64,000 nt of DNA from Verrucomicrobiia bacterium (GCA_049968335.1 JBMFQZ010000020.1:3394-67393), one strand, 5' to 3'; shown: positions 40,987 through 53,010, numbered from the stretch's first letter. Notes: generated by a model not told the origin, from the sequence alone. Made by a program: numbers and translations.

Positions 40987-43900
40987 GCATTGATGCCTGT
41001 ATATGGAGTATTAAGAAGTTTTAAGCCATCCTTTATAAGTGTAGATAATAATACATTAATTTTATGCCCTTCCATTTTATTTTTTAATCGAACAGTATCA
41101 GAATAACCCATATCTAAAGAAAGTCCTGTTTCATTTTCTTTTAAAGAAAACACTTTCCAAACGCCTTTATATCTGCCCTTAGGGACAAAGATTAATTGTC
41201 CTTTTCTTAGAATTCTGGGAGGTTTTCCGTCGTTTGCTTTTCTTATTTCTTGAACTTGCTTGTAGATTTTTAATGCCCTTATTACCTGCGGTTTTGGGTC
41301 CAGCGCTAATCCCCAGTTTTCCCCTATTTTTTTAACTGCTTTTAATTTCTTTAATTTTCCGTCACCATTTTCAGGATATAACCCAATGACCTTTGATTTT
41401 TTGACTATTTCGTATTGCCACCAGAAAGTATTAGTTTCATGCAAAATCTTTGTTGGCGCTTGCGTTCCTTTGTCTTTACGAGTCCGAGATACTATCAAAA
41501 CTGAATCGGAGTCTGGACCTGGGACTTCGATATTCTTTGCTTTGCACCAGCGCAGTAATTTTCTGCCATACGGATTGTCTGTATTTTGTTCAACAACTCT
41601 CCAGGCTGTTTCCTCGCATTTGAGCCCGCTCATATCTTTGGATATATGCTGGACAACACGACGCTCAAGCAGTCGGTTAGATATTTGTTCTTTTATAAAT
41701 TCCGGTAAGTCTGAGATGTTGATTTTATTATCAACGCCGACTTGAACCAATGGGATTTTTTTTAGTTCATCTACCTCGCTGGAATTTAATTTATTTTTGA
41801 CTAATAATTCCCATAGTCGTCCGTTGTTTGGGAAAAGATGCGATGCAAGCGCAAGCACACAAGCATCTACAGCGTGGTGGAGATGTGTAATATTTCTGAT
41901 TTCATCTTTTGGACGCACTTCGCCGTTTTCATCGAGAATAGCCGGTACTGCCTTGCTCAAGCATCCAATAACTTTCCATGATTTTCTAAAAACGGCAGTA
42001 ACTGAGCCCGGCATACTGACAATTTTGGGTTCTTTTGAATCAACATATTTTTTGCGGATTACCTGCGCCGCCAAGCGCACTAATTGAGAGGTCTGTGTTA
42101 GGTCGCGTGGTAGAAATTCTTCTTGAACGTATTCTGGTAATAATAGCAATTTTTTCCGTTTTGATTGTGGTGATTTATTTCTATCAAATCCGGATTCTTT
42201 CAGATTCTCCACCCAATTTTTATAATTTTCTAAAGTCCTAATTTGTAAATTTGGTAAACCCTTAACTGTTTTTGTTTGTTCCTCTTTTACAAACTGAAAA
42301 GCTAATCTCTGAGCCTTAAATCTATTTACCTCGGGGAACGTTATGACAAGTGACTCAAGCGAATTTGAAGGTCTAATAGATTGCGGAATGATGTGGTCAA
42401 GGTCAACGCGTTTCTCAAGAAGGTCATAAATATCGTACTTTTGTCCAGTATAAGGACAAGTCCAATCTAAATCCATTGCAATCCTCGTCTTGCGAATCAA
42501 TGAAGCCGTAATTTTGTGTTTTGTCCCTTTAAGGTTTTCTTCTAAGTCCTGCACGGCTTTTCTATGGTCTGCAGTGATTTTTGTTAGTTCTGATGCTATT
42601 TCTTTGGCGGTTTTACCGGAAAATTCTCGTAAATCTCTATTAACTTCGATTGTTACCTGACCTATACGATTTTTGTCGTTATTTGCGTATTCCTTGACAA
42701 TATCGTCAAATAAGCGTTCAAGTATTAATAGACGATGACGAATTAAATGATTGTTTGTTTGTTCGGTTATTTTTCTATTTAATTCTTTAAGCCTGATTTC
42801 TTCAGAGCGAAACAGACAACCGCCTTTTTCTCTTGGATCGCGTCCCTGTAAAACTTCTTCATAAGCCTTTTTTAAGATTGTCTTACTGAAAGGCGCTCTT
42901 CCTTGCAGCGCTTTAAGTGGATTGTCGGGTATTTTGCTTTCCAGATAATTTTTTTCTTTTTTATTCATCTTCAAAAATTCTGCGACTGCAGAATCAAAAT
43001 CTTTAACCTTTTCGGGGAACAGTTTTTCAAGATAATCCCGTATTTCCTTCGGAGTTAATTGTTTCCCCCGACGAAACATACCGGCAAATTTTTTCTGTAA
43101 TCGCTCTGGCAGAATATTCCAAAAGACCTGCACTTTCTCTGAGTTTATTATTTTTTTGACAGGATAAAGTGTTAGGGCTTTTTCCATATCTTCAGTCAAA
43201 AACATTGCGGAAATATTAGTGAGAATTACAGGAATTCCGTTGTAATTCTCGTTTTTGAGTGTTTGCATTACTGCGTCGTTTACTGCTGTTCTTAATTCAT
43301 GTTTTGTAAAAAAGCCCTTCTTTTCCATGATTCCATTTATGTATTCCCTTTCATTAACATTAAGTGGACGCTCTTTAGAACCATTTACCTTTACGCGAAT
43401 ATTACAAAGAAGCATTGCCCATCTATATCGGTAAAATTCAACACATTCTTTCAATGTAAGCTTTTCGCCAGAAATCGGACATCTTGCAATATTTCGATTA
43501 TTAAACCGAGGCAAAAGTTGTCCAAATAGCAAACTGCCATAATACCTCTTAGGTAGATTTATAGAGGGGCATGGAATAGTTTTCCATGAATTTTCTTTAT
43601 CACCTGTAAGAGTCTCCACCAATTGTTCGGAAACCTGCGGCAATTTGCCAATATGTTTCTTCAGAATTTCTCTTACCTCTCTTACAACCACGTTGCGAGG
43701 AAAAGCGATATCTGTTCCTTTGTATCTTAAATGGGTCGACCTTTTATTGGTACTGTGAGGGTCAACTCCGAGCATCTTGCAGACTGTTTCTGCCATTGAA
43801 CCGCATTTATATTCTTGCATTAATTTCCGGGCGTTTTCTACCCGTTCACTTTCATCTTCTTCCCCTTCAGCTGGTATTTCGCTCCATAACCTGTTTTCAT

Positions 43901-44330
43901 CATAACCCCGATTATGGGCATACCATCTCAGGACATCCCATAATTCCTGCCAGCTCAAGAGACGTACGTTTTGCAAGACCTCTGCGGCGAGTTTCCATGG
44001 ACTTGAATTTCCCGGTTTATCAAGTTCGGTTTCAGTTAAAACCCCCAAATGAAGTAAAAGGGCTTTCATCCGTTTAATTCTCTGGCGAGTGGTGCGAATA
44101 TGGCGGCGTTGTCGTCTGTAATCACGTCTTTTTTTGGCGAGGCAAGTATCTGGTTCAAAAATCACCACACCACAACCAATTATTTCTGGATAAAAGTATT
44201 CAGCTACATTTTGGGATTCTTGGGAAGTTTTTCTGGATAATACTGCCCATCCGATAGAACTATGTCCCACGTCAAAGGCAACCTCCAGTTCCCTATTTTC
44301 CACCGTGTTTAGAAAATTTTCTACTTGCAT
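40971..44330 (-). CDS. cas9: Type II-C Cas9, 1119 aa
   Basis: RuvC-I FDVGHSSIGWA, Arg-rich bridge helix, RuvC-II IEVNR, HNH CPYTG...DHIIP...VN.FK and RuvC-III HHAVDA; no csn2 or cas4 in the operon. Confidence 0.97.
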   Translation of the reverse strand: MQVENFLNTVENRELEVAFDVGHSSIGWAVLSRKTSQESQNVAEYFYPEIIGCGVVIFEPDTCLAKKRRDYRRQRRHIRTTRQRIKRMKALLLHLGVLTETELDKPGNSSPWKLAAEVLQNVRLLSWQELWDVLRWYAHNRGYDENRLWSEIPAEGEEDESERVENARKLMQEYKCGSMAETVCKMLGVDPHSTNKRSTHLRYKGTDIAFPRNVVVREVREILKKHIGKLPQVSEQLVETLTGDKENSWKTIPCPSINLPKRYYGSLLFGQLLPRFNNRNIARCPISGEKLTLKECVEFYRYRWAMLLCNIRVKVNGSKERPLNVNEREYINGIMEKKGFFTKHELRTAVNDAVMQTLKNENYNGIPVILTNISAMFLTEDMEKALTLYPVKKIINSEKVQVFWNILPERLQKKFAGMFRRGKQLTPKEIRDYLEKLFPEKVKDFDSAVAEFLKMNKKEKNYLESKIPDNPLKALQGRAPFSKTILKKAYEEVLQGRDPREKGGCLFRSEEIRLKELNRKITEQTNNHLIRHRLLILERLFDDIVKEYANNDKNRIGQVTIEVNRDLREFSGKTAKEIASELTKITADHRKAVQDLEENLKGTKHKITASLIRKTRIAMDLDWTCPYTGQKYDIYDLLEKRVDLDHIIPQSIRPSNSLESLVITFPEVNRFKAQRLAFQFVKEEQTKTVKGLPNLQIRTLENYKNWVENLKESGFDRNKSPQSKRKKLLLLPEYVQEEFLPRDLTQTSQLVRLAAQVIRKKYVDSKEPKIVSMPGSVTAVFRKSWKVIGCLSKAVPAILDENGEVRPKDEIRNITHLHHAVDACVLALASHLFPNNGRLWELLVKNKLNSSEVDELKKIPLVQVGVDNKINISDLPEFIKEQISNRLLERRVVQHISKDMSGLKCEETAWRVVEQNTDNPYGRKLLRWCKAKNIEVPGPDSDSVLIVSRTRKDKGTQAPTKILHETNTFWWQYEIVKKSKVIGLYPENGDGKLKKLKAVKKIGENWGLALDPKPQVIRALKIYKQVQEIRKANDGKPPRILRKGQLIFVPKGRYKGVWKVFSLKENETGLSLDMGYSDTVRLKNKMEGHKINVLLSTLIKDGLKLLNTPYTGINACLIT

Positions 44331-44357
44331 GATTTAAAAATTTAATTAAGATTCTTT

Positions 44358-44479
44358 TTGGAATCAAGGCAAAGTTAGATAACGCAGACCGTGCCTCTAT
44401 TCCGCAAGGCGGATACGCCGGTTTGAAAAAAGCGTTATTTTAAAAAACCATCGGCGCCCTACCGATGGTTTTTATTTTT
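44358..44479 (+). ncRNA. tracrRNA
   Basis: TTGGAATCAAGGCAAAGT (44358-44375) is complementary to repeat nt 1-18 (17 WC + 1 G:U). It is followed by nested stems and the terminator AAAAACCATCGG/CCGATGGTTTTT. Confidence 0.88.
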
Positions 44480-44633
44480 CATCCTTAATTTCCTTTTCGC
44501 TGTAAATTCCAGTCAACAATAATTTACGGCTAAATTATGAATTTTGAGAATAGCATTCTAAATCCTTCGAATATTGAGGAATTATTACTTAATGACTAAT
44601 CGTGTTATGAAAAAGGATAAGGATTAAATATAA

Positions 44634-44676
44634 TCGCGCTGCGAGAGGGTGTTGCCTTATTAGACCCGCAGCGCGA
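44634..44676. repeat. GC-rich inverted repeat
   Basis: TCGCGCTGCG...CGCAGCGCGA 10-bp arms downstream of the esterase gene; no U-tract. Confidence 0.5.
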
Positions 44677-44709
44677 GCGACATTGCCGTTTCATTATAAT
44701 GATTAGCTT

Positions 44710-46791
<2,082 letters not shown>

Positions 46792-46932
46792 TTATTTTCT
46801 TAATTATATTAATTATGTCAACAGAAATTTTTTAAGAATTTTTACAGACTAAATTCCTTGCTTGAAAAGAGACCTTTTGGATAATTGATAAAAATCCCGT
46901 TGGTTATGGCGTATATTTTAATTACATAATCT

Positions 46933-48369
46933 ATGAAGAAAGATGTTAAAAATGTTTATTACGGAAGTAGAGCAACCACTAAATTCCGCGCTTGTATTCT
47001 CATCTTTGCCATATTTTTCATTCTGATAACTCTTGCAGGAATAAATAAATTGCAAGCAGGAGGTTCATACAATTTCGTGTTCATACTTGCTGACGATTTA
47101 GGCTGGACAGACCTTGGCTGTATGGGCTCGCCTGTTTATCAAACGCCCAACATAGACGCGCTTGCACGCGGCGGGATGCGGTTTACGCAGGCTTATTCTG
47201 CCTGCACAGTTTGCTCGCCGACGCGCGCGTCAATTCTCACTGGACAGTATTCGGCGCGGTTGCATTTAACCGACTGGATAAAGGGCCACGCGCGACCTTA
47301 TGCGAAACTTAAAATCCCGGACTGGACAATGTATCTTTCCACAAATGTGGTCAATATTGCAAAGGTTCTTAAATCCGCCGGTTATACCTGCGCGAGTATT
47401 GGAAAATGGCATCTGGGCGGCGAAGAGTATTATCCAGAAAAAGAGGGATTTGACATAAACATTGGCGGATGCGACAAGGGACAGCCACCGAGTTATTTTT
47501 CGCCTTATAAAATCCCGACCTTAACGGACGGGCCAAAAGGTGAATACCTCACAGACCGCGAGGCTCAGGAAGCGGTTAATTTCATCAAGAACAACAAGGA
47601 CAAACCATTTTTTCTCTATCTTGCGCATCACGCGGTGCACACGCCGCTTATGGCAAAGAGCAATCTCGTGGAAAAATACAAGGCAATCACAAAAACAAAT
47701 TCAGTCCATAAAAACGCCACTTACGCCGCAATGATTGAGTCTATGGACGCAAGCGTTGGCGCGGTTATGAAATGCCTGCGCGAACTTAACCTTGAAGAAA
47801 AAACTATCGTTATATTTACATCCGATAATGGTGGGCTGTTGAATGTAACAACGAACATCGGGCTTCGCGCTGGCAAAGGCTCCTCTTATGAGGGCGGGGT
47901 TCGCGTCCCGCTTATTGTTTATTGGAAAAATGTTGTTAAGCCCGGCTCAATTTGCGACGAGCCGGTAATCAGCGTTGATTATTTTCCGACAATTCTTGAA
48001 ATTGCCGGTTTGAAAGCGCCTCAAAATCATATCGTTGATGGCGAAAGCATAGTTCCTTTGTTAAAACAAACCGGAAAACTCCGTAGAGAAAACATATTCT
48101 GGCATTATCCGCACTATCATCCTGGCGGCGCCACGCCATACAGCGCGGTTCGCTCTGGCAATTTTAAACTCATAGAATTTTTTGAAGACTCGCGGTTAGA
48201 ACTTTACGACCTTGCCGCTGACCCGTCAGAAAAAAATAACATTGCGAACAAGAATCCGGAATTAACCAGAAAACTCCACGAGTTGTTAAAAGAATGGAGG
48301 AAAAAAGTTGGGGCGCAACTCCCAACACCGAATCCAGACTACGCTCCGGAAAAGGATAAAAAACGATAG
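46933..48369 (+). CDS. Formylglycine-dependent sulfatase
   Basis: ADDLG, CSPTR, GKWHLG, HAVHTP, SDNGG and YEGG.RVP motifs. Confidence 0.93.
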   Translation: MKKDVKNVYYGSRATTKFRACILIFAIFFILITLAGINKLQAGGSYNFVFILADDLGWTDLGCMGSPVYQTPNIDALARGGMRFTQAYSACTVCSPTRASILTGQYSARLHLTDWIKGHARPYAKLKIPDWTMYLSTNVVNIAKVLKSAGYTCASIGKWHLGGEEYYPEKEGFDINIGGCDKGQPPSYFSPYKIPTLTDGPKGEYLTDREAQEAVNFIKNNKDKPFFLYLAHHAVHTPLMAKSNLVEKYKAITKTNSVHKNATYAAMIESMDASVGAVMKCLRELNLEEKTIVIFTSDNGGLLNVTTNIGLRAGKGSSYEGGVRVPLIVYWKNVVKPGSICDEPVISVDYFPTILEIAGLKAPQNHIVDGESIVPLLKQTGKLRRENIFWHYPHYHPGGATPYSAVRSGNFKLIEFFEDSRLELYDLAADPSEKNNIANKNPELTRKLHELLKEWRKKVGAQLPTPNPDYAPEKDKKR

Positions 48370-48496
48370 TTTTCAAAAAGTATTTTATTTGCATTATGAA
48401 AGCGCTCAACAACTGGGACAAAAATTTCATATTAAACAATGCCTGATGCCGCGAATTATAATAAGCAAACCAGACAGCGAATTTGTCCTGCATATT

Positions 48497-48669
48497 TTTT
48501 GGACTGCGGTGGCAAGACTTCCCGCATGCGGACGGTAGCGACATCGCTTTGTGAGGTTGGATAAAACAATAACAAAGAAATTATACCAGAATTAAGAAAA
48601 TAAATTGATCCTGGATTTGGTATTTCATTTCAAGGTTAGTTGTCCAATAGCATCCACATAGCGGCGGCG
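48497..48669. repeat. Composite REP/REPIN-like element
   Basis: Family-A REP (48497-48554) plus a ~110-bp segment (48561-48669) that is nearly duplicated at 62466-62597. Confidence 0.7.
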
Positions 48670-48827
48670 TTGACGCAGATATTCCGCAATATCCCAACCC
48701 TCTCTAAAACAGCCTTTTATTTCACTCGGTTTTAAAATTAAGCATTGAGTTCAATCCAAAAATTTTTGTAAAATTATATATAATTAAAATATTTTTCAGG
48801 GTAAATCGGCTGGGATTTGAACAAAGA

Positions 48828-49550
48828 TTAATCAATATCCGCGTCGCTTTTCACAAATTTTCTTAATTCAGGCGATGAAAGTATGGTGATTTGTTTGCCT
48901 TTAACGTTTATTATTCCGAGCGTTTTGAATTTTGCGAAGCTTCGCGAAAGCGTCTCGCTTACTGTTCCGAGTTCTGCGGCAAGGACTCGTTTTGGGACTT
49001 CAAGTTGAATAATCACCGGCTCGTTTGATACGTTAGACGGTAGTCGTTTTAACAACCAGTTTGCAAGCCTGCCTTCAACTGTCTTTAACGATACTTCTTC
49101 AAGCTGTTCAACAAGGCTTCGCAAATGCAAACTCATAGCGACAAACATTCTAATGGCAAGTTCGGGTTGCGAGCGCAATAAATTCATAAATCCGCTTTTC
49201 TGAACAAGCAAGAGTTGAGATGATTCTTCGGCTCGCGCATCTGCAGGGTAACCAGTTTCCATCGTAAGCGACGCCTCAGCAAATGATTCGCCGTCTCTAA
49301 AGATGTGAATTACCTGTTCCCTGCCGAATTTGTTCACTCTGTGGACATTTATTGCCCCTTTCTGGACTATATAAAAACCGTGCGACGGCTCATTCTGACG
49401 AAACACGTAATCCCCTTTTTCAAATGTTTTTATCACGGTTATCCCGGCAATTTTTTCAATATCATCCTTTCCCAATCCGGTAAACAAGCGACAATGTCGC
49501 AATGTGGCTACAATTGCAGCTGTTTTTAATTCGCCAAACAGGTCTTTCAT
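48828..49550 (-). CDS. Crp/Fnr-family regulator (Dnr/HcpR-like)
   Basis: cNMP-binding fold (G..F.E, YPA.A.A); RLA.WLL; HTH LGT..ETLSR; no N-terminal Cys cluster. Confidence 0.9.
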   Translation of the reverse strand: MKDLFGELKTAAIVATLRHCRLFTGLGKDDIEKIAGITVIKTFEKGDYVFRQNEPSHGFYIVQKGAINVHRVNKFGREQVIHIFRDGESFAEASLTMETGYPADARAEESSQLLLVQKSGFMNLLRSQPELAIRMFVAMSLHLRSLVEQLEEVSLKTVEGRLANWLLKRLPSNVSNEPVIIQLEVPKRVLAAELGTVSETLSRSFAKFKTLGIINVKGKQITILSSPELRKFVKSDADID

Positions 49551-49664
49551 TTATGCAGGTTGTTGATAACTTTGTTTGCCTTTTATTCTTTTAATGAGTA
49601 ATTTTAATGCAGGTTTTTATAAGGTGCAAATTTATTCGGCATAACCAATCAGCCACAAAGCGAT

Positions 49665-50303
49665 ATGGCAGAAAGAATCAGACGTGTGGACGAAGACGGG
49701 GAACTCGTGCGCCGCGCAAAAGCCGGCGACCTTGAGGCATTTGAAAAACTAGCTGAAAAATACGAGTCAAAGATTTACTCAATCGCTATGCGAATTTTGC
49801 AAAACCCGCACGACGCCGAAGACATTACACAGCAGACTTTTTTGAGCGTAATTGAAAATTTAAAAGATTTTCGTGGAGACTCGTCTTTTGCCACCTGGAT
49901 AACAAAGATAGCCACTTATGCCGCGTTAAAGATTATCCGTAAGCGAAACGGGCTTGACACTGTTTCTTTAGAACAGGCAACCGAACCAAATAAAGAAGAC
50001 GGCGAGATTCCACATCCTGAATATATTGCGGATTGGAAGGAAAATCCTTCAGATATTTTAAATCGCAACGAGACTAACCGTCTGATAGAACAGGCGCTTT
50101 CGGAACTTGAAGAACCTTATCGTTTGATATTCATTCTCCGTGATGTTGAAGGGCTGTCAATAAAAGAGACGGCGGAGATTCTCGGGATAAGCGAAGCCAA
50201 TGTAAAAGTCCGCCTGTTGCGGGCGCGTTTGCAATTGAGGGAAAAACTGACCCGCCTGTTCGGAAACCCGCAAAAAGTGATACCCGCGCACAAGCATAGT
50301 TAG
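49665..50303 (+). CDS. ECF sigma-70 factor
   Basis: D.ELV.RA..GD..AF, DAED..Q.TF, F.TW...IA and EGLS..E.A.ILG.S...VK.RL.RAR motifs. Confidence 0.93.
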   Translation: MAERIRRVDEDGELVRRAKAGDLEAFEKLAEKYESKIYSIAMRILQNPHDAEDITQQTFLSVIENLKDFRGDSSFATWITKIATYAALKIIRKRNGLDTVSLEQATEPNKEDGEIPHPEYIADWKENPSDILNRNETNRLIEQALSELEEPYRLIFILRDVEGLSIKETAEILGISEANVKVRLLRARLQLREKLTRLFGNPQKVIPAHKHS

Positions 50304-50306
50304 CCT

Positions 50307-50777
50307 ATGAGAAGTCTGCCTTCTAAAAATACCCGCTATTCAAACTGGGTCTGGTCTCAATATTTTCTGATGTTCTCTGTCGGCGTTCTCGGCTATTTAG
50401 GTGCTGGAAAATCAAAATCTGATGTCTCAATTGTAATTGGAATTATTCTAATTCTAATTGGCGCCATAACAGGCATCGCCGGAGTTGCAGCCCTTGGAAA
50501 AAATAGAAAATCTTCTCCAGAACCACATCCGTCGTCTAAACCTGTTACTACCGGTATTTACTCGCTCGTGAGGCATCCGCTTTATCTTAGCGTTATTTTG
50601 CTTTGCGTTGGATATTCGTTTCTTTGGGTGAGCGTGGCGGCTATGATGGCAACGGTAGTTCTTGCCCTTTTTCTTGACAGAAAGGCGCGCCTTGAAGAGA
50701 AACTCCTTTGCGAACGGTTTCCTGAATTCGCGCAATATATTAAACGGACAAAACGTTTCATACCGTTGATTTACTGA
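50307..50777 (+). CDS. Isoprenylcysteine carboxyl methyltransferase family membrane protein
   Basis: TG.YS.VRHPLY and EE..L...F..Y.....RFIP motifs. Confidence 0.85.
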   Translation: MRSLPSKNTRYSNWVWSQYFLMFSVGVLGYLGAGKSKSDVSIVIGIILILIGAITGIAGVAALGKNRKSSPEPHPSSKPVTTGIYSLVRHPLYLSVILLCVGYSFLWVSVAAMMATVVLALFLDRKARLEEKLLCERFPEFAQYIKRTKRFIPLIY

Positions 50778-50855
50778 TAACGGACATTGTTAACACCGTC
50801 GGGTGATTTATTGAGTAGTATGATTTATCTCAACTGCGGTTTAAAATAATCAGGT

Positions 50856-51500
50856 TTAACCTTCTCGTTTATATCGCGTCAGCACCGCGCGGACGCCGGG
50901 CAACAGGTCGATTTGTTCAAATTGCAAAAACAGCCGAATGTTAGAATTGCTGCTTGTCTCAGATGTGGCGTTTGAAGAACCGAACAATTGATTATAATCC
51001 GAGCGCAGCCCGGCAAATCCGACAAGTCCGAGCCGTTCCCGATTCTGAAACAAATAAGCGGCTTGTTCAACGCAGGCTGTCTCTAAATCGTGCGGCAACG
51101 GCGTCTGACCGCTCTGGCAGGGCTCACCCGGCAGAACATAACCGCCGGTATAAGTCAGTTTTAACTGCTCAAGATAACTCCCTGCCGGTCTGCTTAGCGA
51201 AACCACACATTGCTGGCGAACAATATAATCTATGTCGTTCAACGACTCCCATCCGCTTTCTTCAGACCGTTTGATCTGGATGCTATTGATTGACTCAATT
51301 GGATACCTTGAAACAAGCAACTCCGTTTCATCAGCCGGAAATTCTTCGCCAAAATTTTCAACCCTTTTGAAGAACCGCCGACACTCTCTTTCAAACCGCT
51401 CCGATGTCATAGTGATAAAGTAATTAAGCAACCTGTCATAACGGGTTTCATACGCCGCTATTCCAAGCCGCTCCTTTAATAAACTTAATCTGGCGAGCAT
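50856..51500 (-). CDS. Phage gp6-like head-tail connector protein
   Basis: L..LK..LGI....D.LL...I...S..FE..C.R.F, YP, YTGGY, P.DL..AC....A..F.NR and V..VL.RY.R motifs. Confidence 0.7.
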   Translation of the reverse strand: MLARLSLLKERLGIAAYETRYDRLLNYFITMTSERFERECRRFFKRVENFGEEFPADETELLVSRYPIESINSIQIKRSEESGWESLNDIDYIVRQQCVVSLSRPAGSYLEQLKLTYTGGYVLPGEPCQSGQTPLPHDLETACVEQAAYLFQNRERLGLVGFAGLRSDYNQLFGSSNATSETSSNSNIRLFLQFEQIDLLPGVRAVLTRYKREG

Positions 51501-51512
51501 AATTTTCTCCTA

Positions 51513-52823
51513 TCAGTATATAGTTTGTATTGTTGACTGGTTTATGGTTAACGAGGCGTCAGAGCGACTGTGAATCGCAGTGACCGAAATTGTGTTGTCG
51601 CGTGTGGTGTCAATAAGGATTGTCTGATTTTGCGGATTTGTTGTCGTTGTGAATCCGTAAGTGAACGTCTGGCTGCCGAACTTTCCGCTTGCTATATAGG
51701 CGCCGTTTGTTCCGCTGCCGACGGATGTTAACTGATATTCAATGTAAACATATTTATTTGCCTGACTCGTGCTGTAACCGAAGGCGGGGGGCGAAAATAC
51801 CGAATCACCGATTTTGAATCGCAACGTAACAGTGGCGCTAACGCCCGGGCTTGAATAAATGCCGCTCATCCTGATATTGATGCTCTTGCCCGGAGTCAGG
51901 AAATTAGCTGGCAATGTTCGCGAGCCAATGCCTGCGGGAATAATGTCAGTTTCAGAAATGCTGTTTGTATAGGTGATTGTATTAGTAGATATAAAAATCG
52001 CCGTTTCAACTGCTTGAATCAGCCCAGATTGATAAAGCATTCTGCAGCGCTGGCTTGAATCATACCAGGTTTGGCCATCAAGGAGTTGAGACGGTTTTTC
52101 TGACGCTATTAAACGATAAGCCGGAGAAAACGATGGATTTTGAAGAAACATATTTGTGGCAGAACCATTTAGGTCGCGCACTCGTCTGTCCAGCTGCGAT
52201 TGCACCGGAGATTGAACACCGTCAAGAGAGTAGAATTCTTCTTCGCTTATAATTCCAGAGCCGATATCTTGCGGCAGGATTTGAGACCAGTAGCCGTTTG
52301 CGCGCAAAAAATAGTTTGTCTCGGCGCTTCCCCTGCCGAGCTGCCCTACTGGCACCCGCGCCGATTCATCAAGTTGAGCGTATCCATTTGTGGCGCCGCG
52401 CAATCGCTTTTCTTCATAAATAGGGGAATATGGAAAAGAGTAAGTTAAGCTGCCAGTGATAAGCGTCAGCCAGTCATTTGTTGAATCATCAGACGGAACC
52501 GATACAACAAAAGAATCCGCCGCATTTGTCCCGATAGAAGCGCGGTAATCCCCGGGCTCAAGCGATAGTGAAAACGAGCCGTTAGTATCCGTTTGAACAA
52601 CTATTGTTGTTGAATAGATTATTTTTTGACCGCTGACCGATGGGGTTGATAGCGGGACAAACGCGATGTTCGTCATTGCGGGTTTGCCTGTGGAATCCGC
52701 AATTTTCCCGGTAATAGTTGCGGAGAATGCATTGCAACAAGCAACAGCCGCAGCAGCAGCGCAACCTGCTATTGCCGCCGTTCTCTTTCTACTAAACTTC
52801 AAAATATCATATCTCATAGCCAA
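51513..52823 (-). CDS. Tail-fibre-like protein with a signal peptide
   Basis: Signal peptide (..CNAFS/ATITG); TD.NG.FS..L.PG.Y N-domain; G..NGYA.LD...RVP..QL, FLRANGYW and LDGV.S.VQ.QLD fibre motifs. Confidence 0.55.
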   Translation of the reverse strand: MAMRYDILKFSRKRTAAIAGCAAAAAVACCNAFSATITGKIADSTGKPAMTNIAFVPLSTPSVSGQKIIYSTTIVVQTDTNGSFSLSLEPGDYRASIGTNAADSFVVSVPSDDSTNDWLTLITGSLTYSFPYSPIYEEKRLRGATNGYAQLDESARVPVGQLGRGSAETNYFLRANGYWSQILPQDIGSGIISEEEFYSLDGVQSPVQSQLDRRVRDLNGSATNMFLQNPSFSPAYRLIASEKPSQLLDGQTWYDSSQRCRMLYQSGLIQAVETAIFISTNTITYTNSISETDIIPAGIGSRTLPANFLTPGKSINIRMSGIYSSPGVSATVTLRFKIGDSVFSPPAFGYSTSQANKYVYIEYQLTSVGSGTNGAYIASGKFGSQTFTYGFTTTTNPQNQTILIDTTRDNTISVTAIHSRSDASLTINQSTIQTIY

Positions 52824-52960
52824 ACTATGAATTGAAACGCTCCATCTTTCATTCTCACGGTGAGAAGTTTGAACGATTTTGTTGGGAGGATGACGGTCGG
52901 GTATTTGCGGCTGTTTTGAATGGGGAAAAAGCGGAGGGTTTTTATGATATTGGTGAATTT

Positions 52961-53003
52961 TTTGGGCTGCGGTGGCAAGACTGCGGGAGTAGTCGCGATA
53001 CCG
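52961..53003 (-). repeat. REP-like element, family A
   Basis: TTTGGGCTGCGGTGGCAAGACT...GCGATACCG, matching the 48497 copy. Confidence 0.65.
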
Positions 53004-53010
53004 AAGGGAT

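Noticed and set aside
50856..52823. Intact prophage
   Set aside because: There is no integrase, att site, terminase, portal, capsid or lysis gene in the window.
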